Source of the DNA: Tubiluchus corallicola
Lineage: Eukaryota > Animalia > Priapulida
DNA: 64,000 bases
Direction: 5' to 3'
Assembly (NCBI GenBank): GCA_030141605.1
Contig: JAQGDQ010000967.1
Coordinates: 10,845-74,844, forward strand
In this document: one piece after another, positions 1-10,684 of the stretch
Layout: each line of letters starts with the position of its first letter
Position numbering within the stretch: the stretch's first letter is position 1
The notes under the pieces: generated by a model
What the model was told of the DNA's origin: nothing
The model's database searches: none
Seen by the model: the letters and a program-made list of their open reading frames with translations, nothing else
Program-made: the position numbers and the translations under genes

Positions 1-91
1 TGTTGTGTCACTTGACCTCCTCCGACCTCTAGCCGTTGGCTGCTTCTGCAGCTCCTCCGCCTAGTGTCGAGATACAGTGTGGACATCCCGC

Positions 92-201
92 AAACCTACA
101 GCACCTGGTATTCCTAGGCAGTCACCCATCCATGTACTAACCAGGCTCTATGTTGCTTAACTTTGGGGATCAGACGAGAACCGGTGTTTTCAACGTGATA
201 T
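92..201 (-). pseudogene. 5S rRNA-derived sequence lacking the first ~10 nt (pseudogene or SINE3 head)
   Basis: Reverse complement ATATCACGTTGAAAACACCGGTTCTCGTCTGATCCCCAAAGTTAAGCAACATAGAGCCTGGTTAGTACATGGATGGGTGACTGCCTAGGAATACCAGGTGCTGTAGGTTT matches metazoan 5S, with several CpG-type substitutions. Confidence 0.88.
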
Positions 202-299
202 ATCACACAGTACATTAGCAATATTTACAAATATAATAATAGTAAGTCTTCACCTAATGACATTTGTGCTTTCAAGTTCTTTGTAAAATGAAAAATAGC

Positions 300-432
300 T
301 TTAAGCAAAATAAAAAAAATCGTCTCGTTAAAGTGAAGAATGTCTCGTTAAGTGGGAAAAAGGTGTCAAATTTCAACCTCGTTAAAACAAAACGCCGCTA
401 AACGGGGAGTCGTTAAGCAAGGACTTACTGTA
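300..432. mobile_element. Right end of a pogo/Tigger-like MITE (same family as 34670-37235)
   Basis: Ends ...GTCGTTAAGCAAGGACTTACTG|TA; repeated CGTTAA subterminal motifs. Confidence 0.7.
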
Positions 433-502
433 GCTACATACATACAATAAACGGTACCTAAGATTATACAATGGAAACACTGTTAATAAATGCAATGAAT
501 AC

Positions 503-759
503 CTTTAAACCGCTAACCAACACTCTGTCTCCTACACGTAATTCTGCAGCCTGGTTAGAAGAAATCTCAGTAGAGGGCTGTGCTTTCTCTACGATACTAC
601 AGGGCTCTGTTTTCTCTATGGTACTAGAGGGCTCTGTTTCGTCCAGGACGGGAGAAGACGTCGCCGCAGGCATCACCTCTAACAGCATGGCACGAATGCG
701 CAGGCATTGCTCGTCCATCTTGGAATCGGACGAAAACGTTTGCGGGTCCGGAATGCATT
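503..759 (-). CDS. CLIP3/CLIP4: CLIP3/4 exon (CIPDPQTF...AAELRVGDRVLVSGLK), linker and start of CAP-Gly domain
   Basis: CTTTCAG acceptor, AAG|GTATTC donor, 257 nt; the linker has three imperfect 9-aa repeats (DETEPSSTI/EKTEPCSIV/EKAQPSTEI). Confidence 0.88.
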
Positions 760-3700
760 CTGAAAGGTAAAACGGGAATCGGTTACTAAAAGTACCGGAT
801 GCCAAAAATCTAAAAATAGACCAAGCGAAGTAAATAGTTATCTAAATTAGTTAATTAATGAAAAGAATTTCTTAACGTCCATGCATTTCTGTGCCAGATG
901 TATGGCATTGTCTAGTGAAACGTTCAGAAGTAGTTTACAAGTGGTCATCTATCCAATTACTGGACGATGCCACGGTTAGATAGCTGTTCGCATACTGATA
1001 GAAACTCTCATTTCATTTGCCCCAACTGGCTTTTAAATTCTTATTAACATAAAAACAAGTTTTCTTTAATTAAAAGAGCCAATTGTAGCTTAAAGAGTGA
1101 CACTAATTTTAATAAATTTCTTGGCTTCATTTCTAATGAAATCGGGCCTCAAAGTTGCATCCCCCCCGCCCCCCCCCCCCGACCCCCGCAACACATTGTT
1201 TGTTCTGCTCGTGAAACTTCAGAGCATCTCAGGCTAAACAAATGTACTGGTAATGACTTTCTTGGATACTGCGCCGTTTCCATGACGCCGAGTTTGTAAA
1301 CAATGCTCCAAATATTCCACGATTCACGTTTAAACATTCAAAAAACTTTAAAAAATATTCCCCCCTCCCCTACTGACGTGTTTTGAGCTCGTGAGGTAGG
1401 ACGGGAACAATTTTTTTCTAACTGGCCTAATCTATTTCTATTTTGTTTCAAGCAAGCCTGTATACTCAATACTAAGTAATAACATAGTACAGTTAGTAAA
1501 ATAAATTTAACACATACACGCACACACACACACACACGCACACACACACACACACATATATATAATAATCTTTATTTGTCATAAAAAATCGATATTCATA
1601 ACTATAAAAGCATAAATGGAACATCGCAGCCTGAGAATAAAATTCACACAACTGTTAAAGGCAAATGCGTCCAGTGCAAACTAAAAACTACTGTGCCAAA
1701 AATTTAAAACAAATATACATTATGATGTTACACGCAAATTATAATAGACTATATACAATATATGCATACAATTTAAAATGGACGTGCGTAAATAAAATTT
1801 GCGGATGAATGTATATTATCGTTTACGCATGTAGGATTTTCAAAACGATTTAATGTATGTATTTTTAATTTTGATTTGAATTCGTCAAAAGACTTGATTT
1901 GTTTTAAATTTGATGGCAGGGTATTCCAAAGTTGAACTCCTTGTTTAGTGATAGAATTGTTGCCGTATTTGTTATTAGCGCGTGTTTGTTTAATATTGTG
2001 CGTTCTTGGATTTAATGTTGGCTCCAAGAGGAGTGGAAGCTTATTTTTCATGAAGGGCGTGTTAATATTGTTGATGTGTTTATATAAAAACAGGATTGTG
2101 TAGAAGTCTTTATGTGCTTGTAAAATTGGGATTTTAAACATTGTTCTTAATTCTGTTGCAGAGGTTTGATTTGTTATGAGGGAAGTTTTATTTGAATAGC
2201 CAGAGACTAATCTTAATGCATAATTTTGAAGACTATAACAACGGTCGGTCATCAATTGCTCACCTATGGGCAGCCGTCCTAAATGATCCCGCACGGTGGG
2301 ACATGCACCGTGTTGCAACAGCACCTTGACCGCACCACTACTCAGACTGTTGGCGGCTATGTGTAATCCCGTGCCGTTGTCAAACTCGCGGCAAACGGAG
2401 TCCACATCTGAAAGAAAACAAAGTGGACATCAGTAATGTCATCAGTGGACATCGGACAAGCTGCTTCGGCCGAATCTGTAAGCCGTCGGCAAGCATAATA
2501 ATGACGAACTTTTCACATGTTAAACTAGCATTCTACAACTCGAACACTGATTACACCAGGGGTGTGCAAACTACGCGACTAACCGGGCCACATTAAACTT
2601 TCTGCGGACCGCTTACAGTTTGATCAAGGAGCCAAGAATAGTGGGACCTCATAACGATTTTTTTTTGCATTCGACCTTTGCAGGTTATTACTAGGACACT
2701 CAAGAAAACTGTTCTAGAAGTTATTAAAATTTACATTAAAAACCGTAGATTTCAACTTCCATAGTCAGATACTGGTGATTTCATTACAATGCATATTAGT
2801 ACAGTGTATCACACAGTCTGTGTAGTACGGTGAGTTTAACCTGTCTTGAAATACTTCTTCAATCTTCCTCTTATAGTTTGATTATTAATTTTCTTACAGA
2901 ATTGAAGAAGAAACAAAAACGCTTCTTAATGAGAGTTTCAATCAAGGATCAAATGATTAGTTACATAATTAGCTACACGTTGTGATTGAATGAATGAATG
3001 CTGTAAATCAAGTTAATTGTTCGGTTCAGTTTCAAATTTCCTCGAAAGTCATTAAGCCTCGTAGCCGAACTTTCGGACAATGTTCCTGATTTCAGAATGT
3101 AGATATTTTTAAGTTTTAATAGTAGAACCTGACTAAAAATTCCTCATCTTTGCACTTTAACCTCACCAAAAGTTTCTCATCTTTGTACTTTGACCTCACA
3201 AAAAGTCTCACCTTTGCACTGTGACCTCACCAAAAGTTTCTCACCTTTGCACTTTGACCTCATCAAAAGTCTCACCTTTACATTGCAATTTGACCTCAAC
3301 ATATATTTTTCATGTTCACATTGTGACCTCACAAAAGACTTTCAACTTTGCACTTTGCACTTTGACCTCACCAAAAGTTTCTCACCTTTGCACTTTGACC
3401 TCACCTAAAGTTTCTCACCTTTGCACTTTGATCTCACCAAAAGGTTCTCACATTTTCACTTTGACCTCGCCAAAAGTTTCTCACCTTTGCACTTTGACCT
3501 CACCTAAAGTTTCTCACCTTTGCACTTTGATCTCACCAAAAGGTTCTCACATTTTCACTTTGACCTCGCCAAAAGTTTCTCACACCTTTGCACTTTGACC
3601 TCACCAAAAGTTTCTCACCCTTGCACTGTGACATCACCATAAGTCTCACCTTTACATTGCAATTTGACCTCAACATATATTTTTCATGTTCACATTGTGA

Positions 3701-6246
3701 CCTCACAAAAGACTTTCAACTTTGCACTTTGACCTCACCAAAAGTTTCTCACCTTTGCACTTTGACCTCACCAAAAGTTTCGCACCTTTTCACTGTGACC
3801 TCACCAAACGTTTTTGACCTTTGCACTTTGACCTCACCAAAAGTTTCGCACCTTTTCACTGTGACCTCAGCAAAAGTTTCTCACCTTTGCACTTTGACCT
3901 CACCAAACGTTTCTCACACTTGCAATTTGACCTCAACATATATTTTTCTTTGCACTTTGACCTTGCTTACTGTTTGAACACGACTCACTTACCTCTGAAC
4001 TCTGACCTCTCTTAATTCTGCACTCTGACTTCTCTTACCTTTGCACTTTGACCTCGCTAGAAGTTTTTCAATCACAGGAGAGACATCAAAGAAGGCAGCA
4101 TAGTGCAGTGCGGACATGTTTGTCCATCGAGAGCGCAAGCTTGTATCCGCTCTCTTGTTGAGTAAATCGGACACAACCGAGACCGCATTTTCACCATCAC
4201 CTACAAATTATAACAGAAGATAAGTGACTCGTGTCAATTTGAACAAATGAATGTGATAACGATAAAAATAAAATCATTGCACTAACACAAAGAGAAGATA
4301 ATCACTCTAGCCTGTCATTTTTTATGAAGACGTATCAGTAGCCCTACAGCAGACAGCTTAACGAAATTTGAGTTAAATTCTTTTTAACTAAATTTAATTT
4401 TTAACTAAACTTACCCACACTGGTACATCCAAGTTCATACACTATTCTACTTACCAACACTGGCTCATCCAAGTTCATACACTATTCTACTTACCAACAC
4501 TGGCTCATCCAAGTTCATACACTATTCTACTTACCAACACTGGCTCATCCAAGTTCATACACTATTCTACTTACCAACACTGGCTCATCCAAGTTCATAC
4601 ACTATTCTACTTACCAACACTGGTACATCCAAGTTCATACACTATTCTACTTACCAACACCAGAACATCCAAGTTCATACACTATTCTACTTACCAACAC
4701 CGGAACATCCAAGTTCATACAGTATTCTACTTACCAACACCGGAACATCCAAGTTCATACACTATTCTACTTACCAACACCGGAATATCCAAGTTCATAC
4801 AGTATTCTACTTACCAACACTGGCACATCCAAGTTCATAACCTATTCTACTTACCAACACCGGAATATCCAAGTTCATACACTATTCTACTTACCAACAC
4901 TGGCACATCCAAGTTCATACACTATTCTACTTACCAACACTGGTGCATCCACTTTCATACACTATTCTACTTACCAACAATGGAACATCCAAGTTCATAG
5001 TACATACACTATTCTACTTACCAACACTGGAACATCCAAGTTCATAACCTATTCTACTTACCAACACCGGTGCATCCACATTCATACACTATTCTACTTA
5101 CCAACACCGGAACATCCAAGTTCATAGTTCATACACTATTCTACTTACCAACACTGGAACATCCACATTCATACACTATTCTACTTACCAACACCGGTGC
5201 ATCCAGCTCTCACAGCATAATGGAGAAGCGTCATGTCGGTTTGCCCGTCTCGATCATCTACATGTGCACCTCTTTTCATGATCTAAAATAAAAAATAGTC
5301 GACCCTCTTTTATTAACCTGCACCCACCTGCAAGCAAAAGACTCCGGTTCAAATCCACTCTTAACATTTTTTCACTTATTTGTTTTTCAACTTAAAGCTT
5401 TTGCAAAAACTTCAATAACTGTGTGTTTAATCCATCATTAAAATACACATGTGTCAATGTCAGCACCACTACCATAGTACTTTAGTAAAAAAACATTGGT
5501 TGGAAAAAAATTTAGCAATCAATTTTGATTTTAGCATGGATTTAACAAGCGTGAGCATCGAGCGTTCAAACTCGATTCAAACATGTTTTTTTACTACAAG
5601 TTAGATGCGAACCTAAAACTATTAATTCGAATAATTCAGCACTTCAACTACATGCATTCTTTATCTATAAAATGTTTGAAACATCAGAAAATCGTCGCAG
5701 TTCAGCTGAGATTTATGCACAGAATTTTTAAACAAATTATTGGTGTTTTTGCAGTGGAATAAAATCGAGCAATATGCACGATCTTCGTGAGACCGCTTTA
5801 TAATAGTGATTCAAAAATATATCCAAAAATCATTAAACTGAAATGATGAAAATCGGTTTGGCTAGAGTTCGAAATTGACAAAATCAATTTGATTCGAATT
5901 CGCTTTCTGGTAGATAATGTTCACACGTAGTATTTAACACATAATGAACAATATCAAAATGAACATGCAAACGAATAATTACCTCGTCGATTAACACATG
6001 GATGTTCTCTTGAATATCCGGTACCCATTGCCGCATCACTGCGAACAACTGAGGAACGGAAGTCTTTGGATTGCGTAGCATCTCCATACAACTGTTACAG
6101 GTCGCGGAGAAAGTGGGTGCGTCGCTCTTTCGACACGCTTCGCACACCGGCGGGTCAGCCGCTGGGTGCACCATGGCATGGTCCCGCTGTGGTACCTGGA
6201 AATCCACGAGGGTGAATGCCCCGCCGCTTTCTTCGCTTAACGTCAT
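503..6246 (-). CDS. CLIP3/CLIP4: Spliced gene (5' part): ankyrin-repeat + CAP-Gly linker protein, CLIP3/CLIP4 family; coding exons 6246-5983, 5282-5189, 4200-4039, 2407-2264, 759-503; continues beyond left edge
   Basis: The spliced translation follows CLIP4 colinearly: PKTSVPQLFAVMRQWVP, RGAHVDDRDGQTDMTLLHY, ADTSLRSRWTNMSALHYAAFFDV, DVDSVCREFDNGTGLHIAA, then the CAP-Gly start LRVGDRVLVSGLK. All introns are GT-AG with matching phases (0,1,1,1,0). Confidence 0.93.
1562..2235 (-). mobile_element. 5'-truncated LINE (CR1/L2/Crack-like) ORF2 C-terminus + 3' UTR
   Basis: LQNYALRLV...YGNNSITKQGVQLWNTLPSNLKQIKSFDEFKSKLK is typical of a non-LTR RT tail; ends AATAAAGATTATTA. Confidence 0.8.
2264..2407 (-). 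CDS. CLIP3/CLIP4: CLIP3/4 exon (VDSVCREFDNGTGLHIAANSLSSGAVKVLLQHGACPTVRDHLGRLPI), ankyrin repeat
   Basis: TTCTTTCAG acceptor, TAG|GTGAGC donor, 144 nt. Confidence 0.92.
2557..2838 (-). mobile_element. Partial hAT-like MITE (family of 55890-56396)
   Basis: CAGGGGTGTGCAAA terminus; internal sequence is the reverse complement of 56100-56396. Confidence 0.75.
3127..4057 (-). repeat. Degenerate ~33-bp minisatellite derived from the exon 3' end + donor
   Basis: Unit (minus) AACTTTTGGTGAGGTCAAAGTGCAAAG|GTGAGA versus exon end AACTTCTAGCGAGGTCAAAGTGCAAAG|GTAAGA. Confidence 0.9.
4039..4200 (-). CDS. CLIP3/CLIP4: CLIP3/4 exon (DGENAVSVVSDLLNKRADTSLRSRWTNMSALHYAAFFDVSPVIEKLLARSKCK), ankyrin repeat
   Basis: TTTGTAG acceptor, AAG|GTAAGA donor, 162 nt. 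Confidence 0.92.
4410..5205 (-). repeat. 40-bp minisatellite (~19-20 copies) spanning the exon 3' end + donor
   Basis: Unit (minus) TGGATGNNCCAGTGTTG|GTAAGTAGAATAGTGTATGAACT. Confidence 0.95.
5189..5282 (-). CDS. CLIP3/CLIP4: CLIP3/4 exon (IMKRGAHVDDRDGQTDMTLLHYAVRAGCTGV), ankyrin repeat
   Basis: TTTTAG acceptor, TTG|GTAAGT donor, 94 nt; missed by the ORF track. Confidence 0.92.
5545..5915. mobile_element. Dispersed MITE-like repeat (opposite-orientation copy at ~38905-39305)
   Basis: Shared TTCGAA/GAATTCGCTTTCT motifs and internal similarity between the two loci. Confidence 0.55.
5983..6246 (-). CDS. CLIP3/CLIP4: CLIP3/4 first coding exon (MTLSEE...VLIDE)
   Basis: ATG at 6246, 88 codons, donor GAG|GTAATT; an acceptor-like TTGCAG just upstream (~6277) implies a further 5' UTR exon. 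Confidence 0.9.
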
Positions 6247-6342
6247 GATTCGGTCATTGTACAGTGTTTACGAAATCTGCAATTCATAGGAAATCTAACA
6301 TGTAACTCATCATCTTATCATTGAGGATCATCTCTGTGTTAA

Positions 6343-6959
6343 AGCAAAACTGGAACCAATCTTTAACTGTAGGTCAAAACAATCTACCCTTTAAAATATT
6401 GAAAGGAAACATACTATTTTTTAAAGAATGCCTTATATAAAACAATTAATACAACACAAACACAATTTCGTATTCGCGCCAGTAGTTCTTTGCTGTTACA
6501 TGCATTTCGCCACTTACTAGTTACACAGGCACTAGCGCCTGCATTTTGGATAGCGTTGCACGAAAAACAGGTGCAGTACCTCTCAGTTCACATGTGCTAG
6601 TTTGTGATGAACTACACACACTCGACAGCTCATGCATGAGCACAGCGGTAAATTAGAAATTTGAATTTTCATCTTAAAACTTTTCTAGTTTTAGTACGAC
6701 ACACTGAATATCTAACAGTAGCAATGCACTTCAATTTTCGCTTTTGCAAACACATGCAACACGCTCGTGGAATATTTTTGCTGTTAAAAATTATGTTAGT
6801 TTGTGATGTCATCAATAATTGGGCTTGCCCGTTGTTAATTAAGATTTTACTCTATTATTCAATTGTCAGAAATTCTGAAACAGTCTTATCGGTGTTAAAA
6901 TGTATGATTTTTACCGTACTTGAAAATGGTTAGTATATGAAAAGTCAACCTGTCTTCTT
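6343..6959 (+). mobile_element. TTAA-flanked non-autonomous DNA transposon family A (Kolobok-like)
   Basis: TTAA|AGCAAAAC...TGTCTTCTT|TTAA; similar copies at 26223-26835, 31917-32529, ~43815-44612, partial at 11388-11470. Confidence 0.8.
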
Positions 6960-8119
6960 TTAAAGGAAAGGACAAGTCATTCAACATGTTATCTTTATTT
7001 TACGGTTGTTACTTAAACTTAGACAAATATAACAAAGTTGCAAAAAATGTCTAATAATAATCCACCATGAAACATAAAGTTAACAAATTGATGTGCTATA
7101 GCTATATCGACATTTTTAAATGTGTTGGTAGCCGCCATTCACCTGAAAATTATGACGTAACTAGTGGACTACTTTTTTACAGCTGTGTACAACTTCTGTG
7201 ACACCATGAATGTAGAGCAATATATTGAGATCATTTTGAAATTTCGCAGAAAGTTTCCAAAATGTTGTCCAAACATTGAAACATAGTTCCAAACATGGCT
7301 TATTTCAATTTTAATTTATTCTCAATAATGAGCTATTTAGCATATATATATATATATATATATAGTTAGTATAATGCATGAAATAAACATTACTGTTGTG
7401 TGCTCCATTCCAACTTGAAAAACTCTAAACTGCATAAACAAAACCGAAGAGATTTTCGTGCAAATTAATTCATCATCCTAGATAGATATTTTACCAGACA
7501 GGTGGGTAAAAGTATAAAGCTCTAAAGAACATGATGGGCTTATTTCTAACAAGATCAATTTAACATTAGTTTTACATAAAAACAATATTAATAAACGCTT
7601 ACAGAAAATCAGGGGAAAACAAAGAACGAAAACACTGATTAATTGGTTTTCCTATTTTGAAGATAATGGTTTTTGCGTGACTGTTGATTTAAAGAAGTCA
7701 GACAAAACTTTTGTCAAGATGTATTTTACAAAAACAATGTCAGTGGCATCATGGTACTCTTAAAAAGTAAGTGAATCACTGGACATTTAGTTAAACGACA
7801 AAAAGTTACACCTGAAAAATAGAGGCAAGTAACAAAAAAAATATTACATAAAATTGATGAACGTTTAAAATGTAGAAAAAATTACAGAATTACCAAGAAA
7901 CTTAATTCATGGACAACTAGTGCTGCTCTCTAACGCAGAAAAGCAAAATGTATTACTACAATTACTTTTAATTAATAATTAGTATGGACAGCTCTACATA
8001 CTTTTTTTATAACTAGCTATATACTAATATTTTTTTCTTTTATTTTCATTTAGCGTCCACTACTTATTTCTTAAAATTTTCATTTTTTCCTCTATGGTTA
8101 AGAATATCAATACGCAAAA

Positions 8120-8593
8120 AAATAGTTACCTCTGTTAAAAATAATTCTTACAAAATAATTCTGGACATATTTTCATCATTTGTAGTTAAAGGAACAAGAC
8201 TGTCTATTGATTATTTATTACTTAAATAACCTTTATTAAATTGTGGTTAAGAATAAAACTACAAAGTTTGCTTAAAAGCAGATTGATGAATTTTGGCGCG
8301 CCGATCACAGCCATGTTGAAGATTGTATATTTTTCATGTTTTAGTCTAAAATTGGTATTTTGGCTGTTTTCCAATCAACTTGATAAAGTAAGAGTTTGTT
8401 TTCGTTACATTGTGTGAACGAATAACGTGCGAGATACTCAGTGCTGGTTTCAAACCCATTGTCTTATGCAGTTAAAAGAGAAAATATTAAATTAACTAAG
8501 TGGCTAGGCCTGAAATATTTTCTTGTAAAGTCGGCTTTAAGCAAATTGATTAATCTTTAACGGAAACGGATATTTTCAAGTTTTAAGGTAAGT
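8120..8593. promoter_or_regulatory. Candidate bidirectional promoter / non-coding first exons of NIPBL (+) and CLIP3/4 (-)
   Basis: Lies between the divergent ATGs; GGCGCGCC and YY1-like GCCATGTT at ~8295-8320; strong + donor AAG|GTAAGT at 8587/8588; possible - donor GAG|GTAACT at ~8130. Confidence 0.4.
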
Positions 8594-9119
8594 ATTGTGT
8601 TTTTAGGTATACCGTTTTTACCTTGTAATTATTGCCTATAGTCTAGATAACTGCCATATTGATGTTGTCAAGCACTAACTCGCATTAGTCGCGCTGCTGA
8701 AGTTAATGTTTGAAATGTGACTTCCTTTATCATCAACAACCATCATCTCTTTAGAGGTTCTTCATACTTTTCGGATAGTCCTTAAGTGTAAAAGCCCGTT
8801 ATAAAGGGCTATAGATGTAAATTTTGGTTCTATAAATTATTTTAATTACGTTCTGCAGTATTACGCATTACTTTGATAATTTTGCTACCAAAGCCATTTA
8901 ATTGCCATTTTGAAAACATCGTAATAATATAAATTTAAGTTGACAACAGCGCCAAAATTAATTTTTTCAATCTTAGTTATACAAGGGTGGCTGAATAGAT
9001 GCTGAATTGAGGTTGGATGTAAGGCGCTGGTTACCGTTAACTTACATAACAGTGAGCATTTCCATTCATTTGTCTTTCACATTTATGTTTCTGCCTGGTG
9101 GTGAATGTTAATTTTTGCC

Positions 9120-9705
9120 CATCGAGTTTAGTTCATTGAACTCATTAACCTTTTTCTCACATTCGCCTTCGTAACTCACCTTCGTGGTGAATGAACCCTG
9201 ATTTCCGTCTCTTACACCAATCTCTCATGCACCGAGTGGCTAGTCAAAAAACACCCTTGTCCAGTCATTCGTTGTTGGTTTACTCTCCTCCTAATGTACC
9301 AAACTGGTATTAAAATAGGATGTTTCTCGTACAGTGTTCTGAATCAAGTTTATGTTTGAAACTATTTAGATTATTTGCTCTCACTAATGATTCCAGTAAG
9401 GAGTTCCACAGTATCTCTTCAGCTTGTGAAAAACTATACCCATACTTTTCAGTATTATCCTTATGCTTGTACAATTTAACACTATGCCCACGTGTAATGC
9501 TTCTATTGAGTGCAAAAACTGGTTTGCATTGATGTCATTAAATACCTTAAGAATCTTGAACAATTCAGTAAGTCTCCCCCTATGTCTTCGTGTAGAAAGT
9601 CGATGCATGTGTAATTTTTGCACTTTTTGAGAGTATGAGAGTCCTTCAAGACCTATGATCATGTCCACAGCTCGTGCTTGTACTTGTTCAAGAGCACGGA
9701 TTTTG
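9120..9705 (-). mobile_element. CR1-type LINE 3' fragment
   Basis: ALEQVQARAVDMIIGLEGLSYSQKVQKLHMHRLSTRRHRGRLTELFKILK resembles the CR1 ORF2 tail; frameshifted. Confidence 0.8.
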
Positions 9706-10209
9706 AGTTTTTGTAAAAATAAATTCTATTCATTAAAACAGTATAGTAGTAAGTTTTACAGCAGTAGACTTATCAGCTAAGGCGGTATGTTATGCATTTG
9801 AATCCACAGTTCTCTTACACTAGGTTTGCAGAGGTGTTTTGACGACAAAAATTTGAAAATTACATATTAGACTGCCGAAGGTCTTTCGCTACCCTTTCTC
9901 TAGCACTCACGTAATCACTTATTAATACATTTTCTTCCTCTTATTTTCTTGTAAATTTTATATGATAATTAGTCGTGTATTTTATGTTGGAACTTGTTTG
10001 ATCACTGCAAAGTTTCAGTCGTTACATTGCTGCACCTGTGTTGGAATATTGTAGTCTAGGAAGTAGTCTAGACTTCCTATTTTCCGTTTCCTAATTGATC
10101 AAATTCTGTTTCAAAGAACATCGTGTTCGTGTAATTCATCGGAAAATTCCCTGTCACACGTATAACATTGTCAGATCATGTTTGTGTGAACAGAGGAAAC
10201 CAAATTATG

Positions 10210-10684
10210 TGCATTTTCTTGCCTATAAAAGTTACCAGTTGTTTCTTATATTTGAATAACTAGCTTAGAAAGTTAATTAATGCCAACCGAGCACAGCTAT
10301 TGTTTACGTCTGAAACTAACCACAGTTTGTGCAATGACGGGCATCTTTCCTTACGTGTCAAGTGTGTTAGCGTAAGTGTTACTGCTTAAACGCGTGCTGT
10401 CGCTAAAATGGGCTCTATGCCATATGTCGTCAGATAATAACACTGCAGTTATCACGGTACCACCTTCTGTTGATCAGCCACACGAATGTGACAAAAAGGC
10501 ACCATTGCCAATCTTAGTAGATTAACTGAGCCGCGCGTAGCTTTGAAAGTTTAACGAAATTTGAGTATCCATGATAATTATTATTTTATCTAAGCTTTGA
10601 TTTAAAAAAAAGCTATTGTAGTTTTCATTATTTTAGAGCATTCTTTATTCTGAACTCGTGTTTACACAATCGTCCGCTTTTCCT
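10210..10684 (-). mobile_element. TTAA/Kolobok-like MITE family B, reverse copy
   Basis: Reverse complement of 29556-30070; ends CAATCGTCCGCTTTTCCT|TTAA. Confidence 0.75.

Noticed and set aside
92-201. Functional 5S rRNA gene
   Set aside because: The first ~10 nt are missing, there are multiple substitutions, and no T4+ terminator follows
3987-3993. Alternative GTAAGT donor for the 4200-4039 CLIP3/4 exon
   Set aside because: Phase 2, out of frame with the 2407 acceptor; the 4039 donor matches homology
3190-4015. Repetitive ORFs (PKVSHLCTLTS etc.; likewise 18144-18632, 40615-41144, 43839-44270, 46974-47252, 50726-51409, 54459-55019, 60379-61704)
   Set aside because: Translations of mini/microsatellites with no splice or homology support
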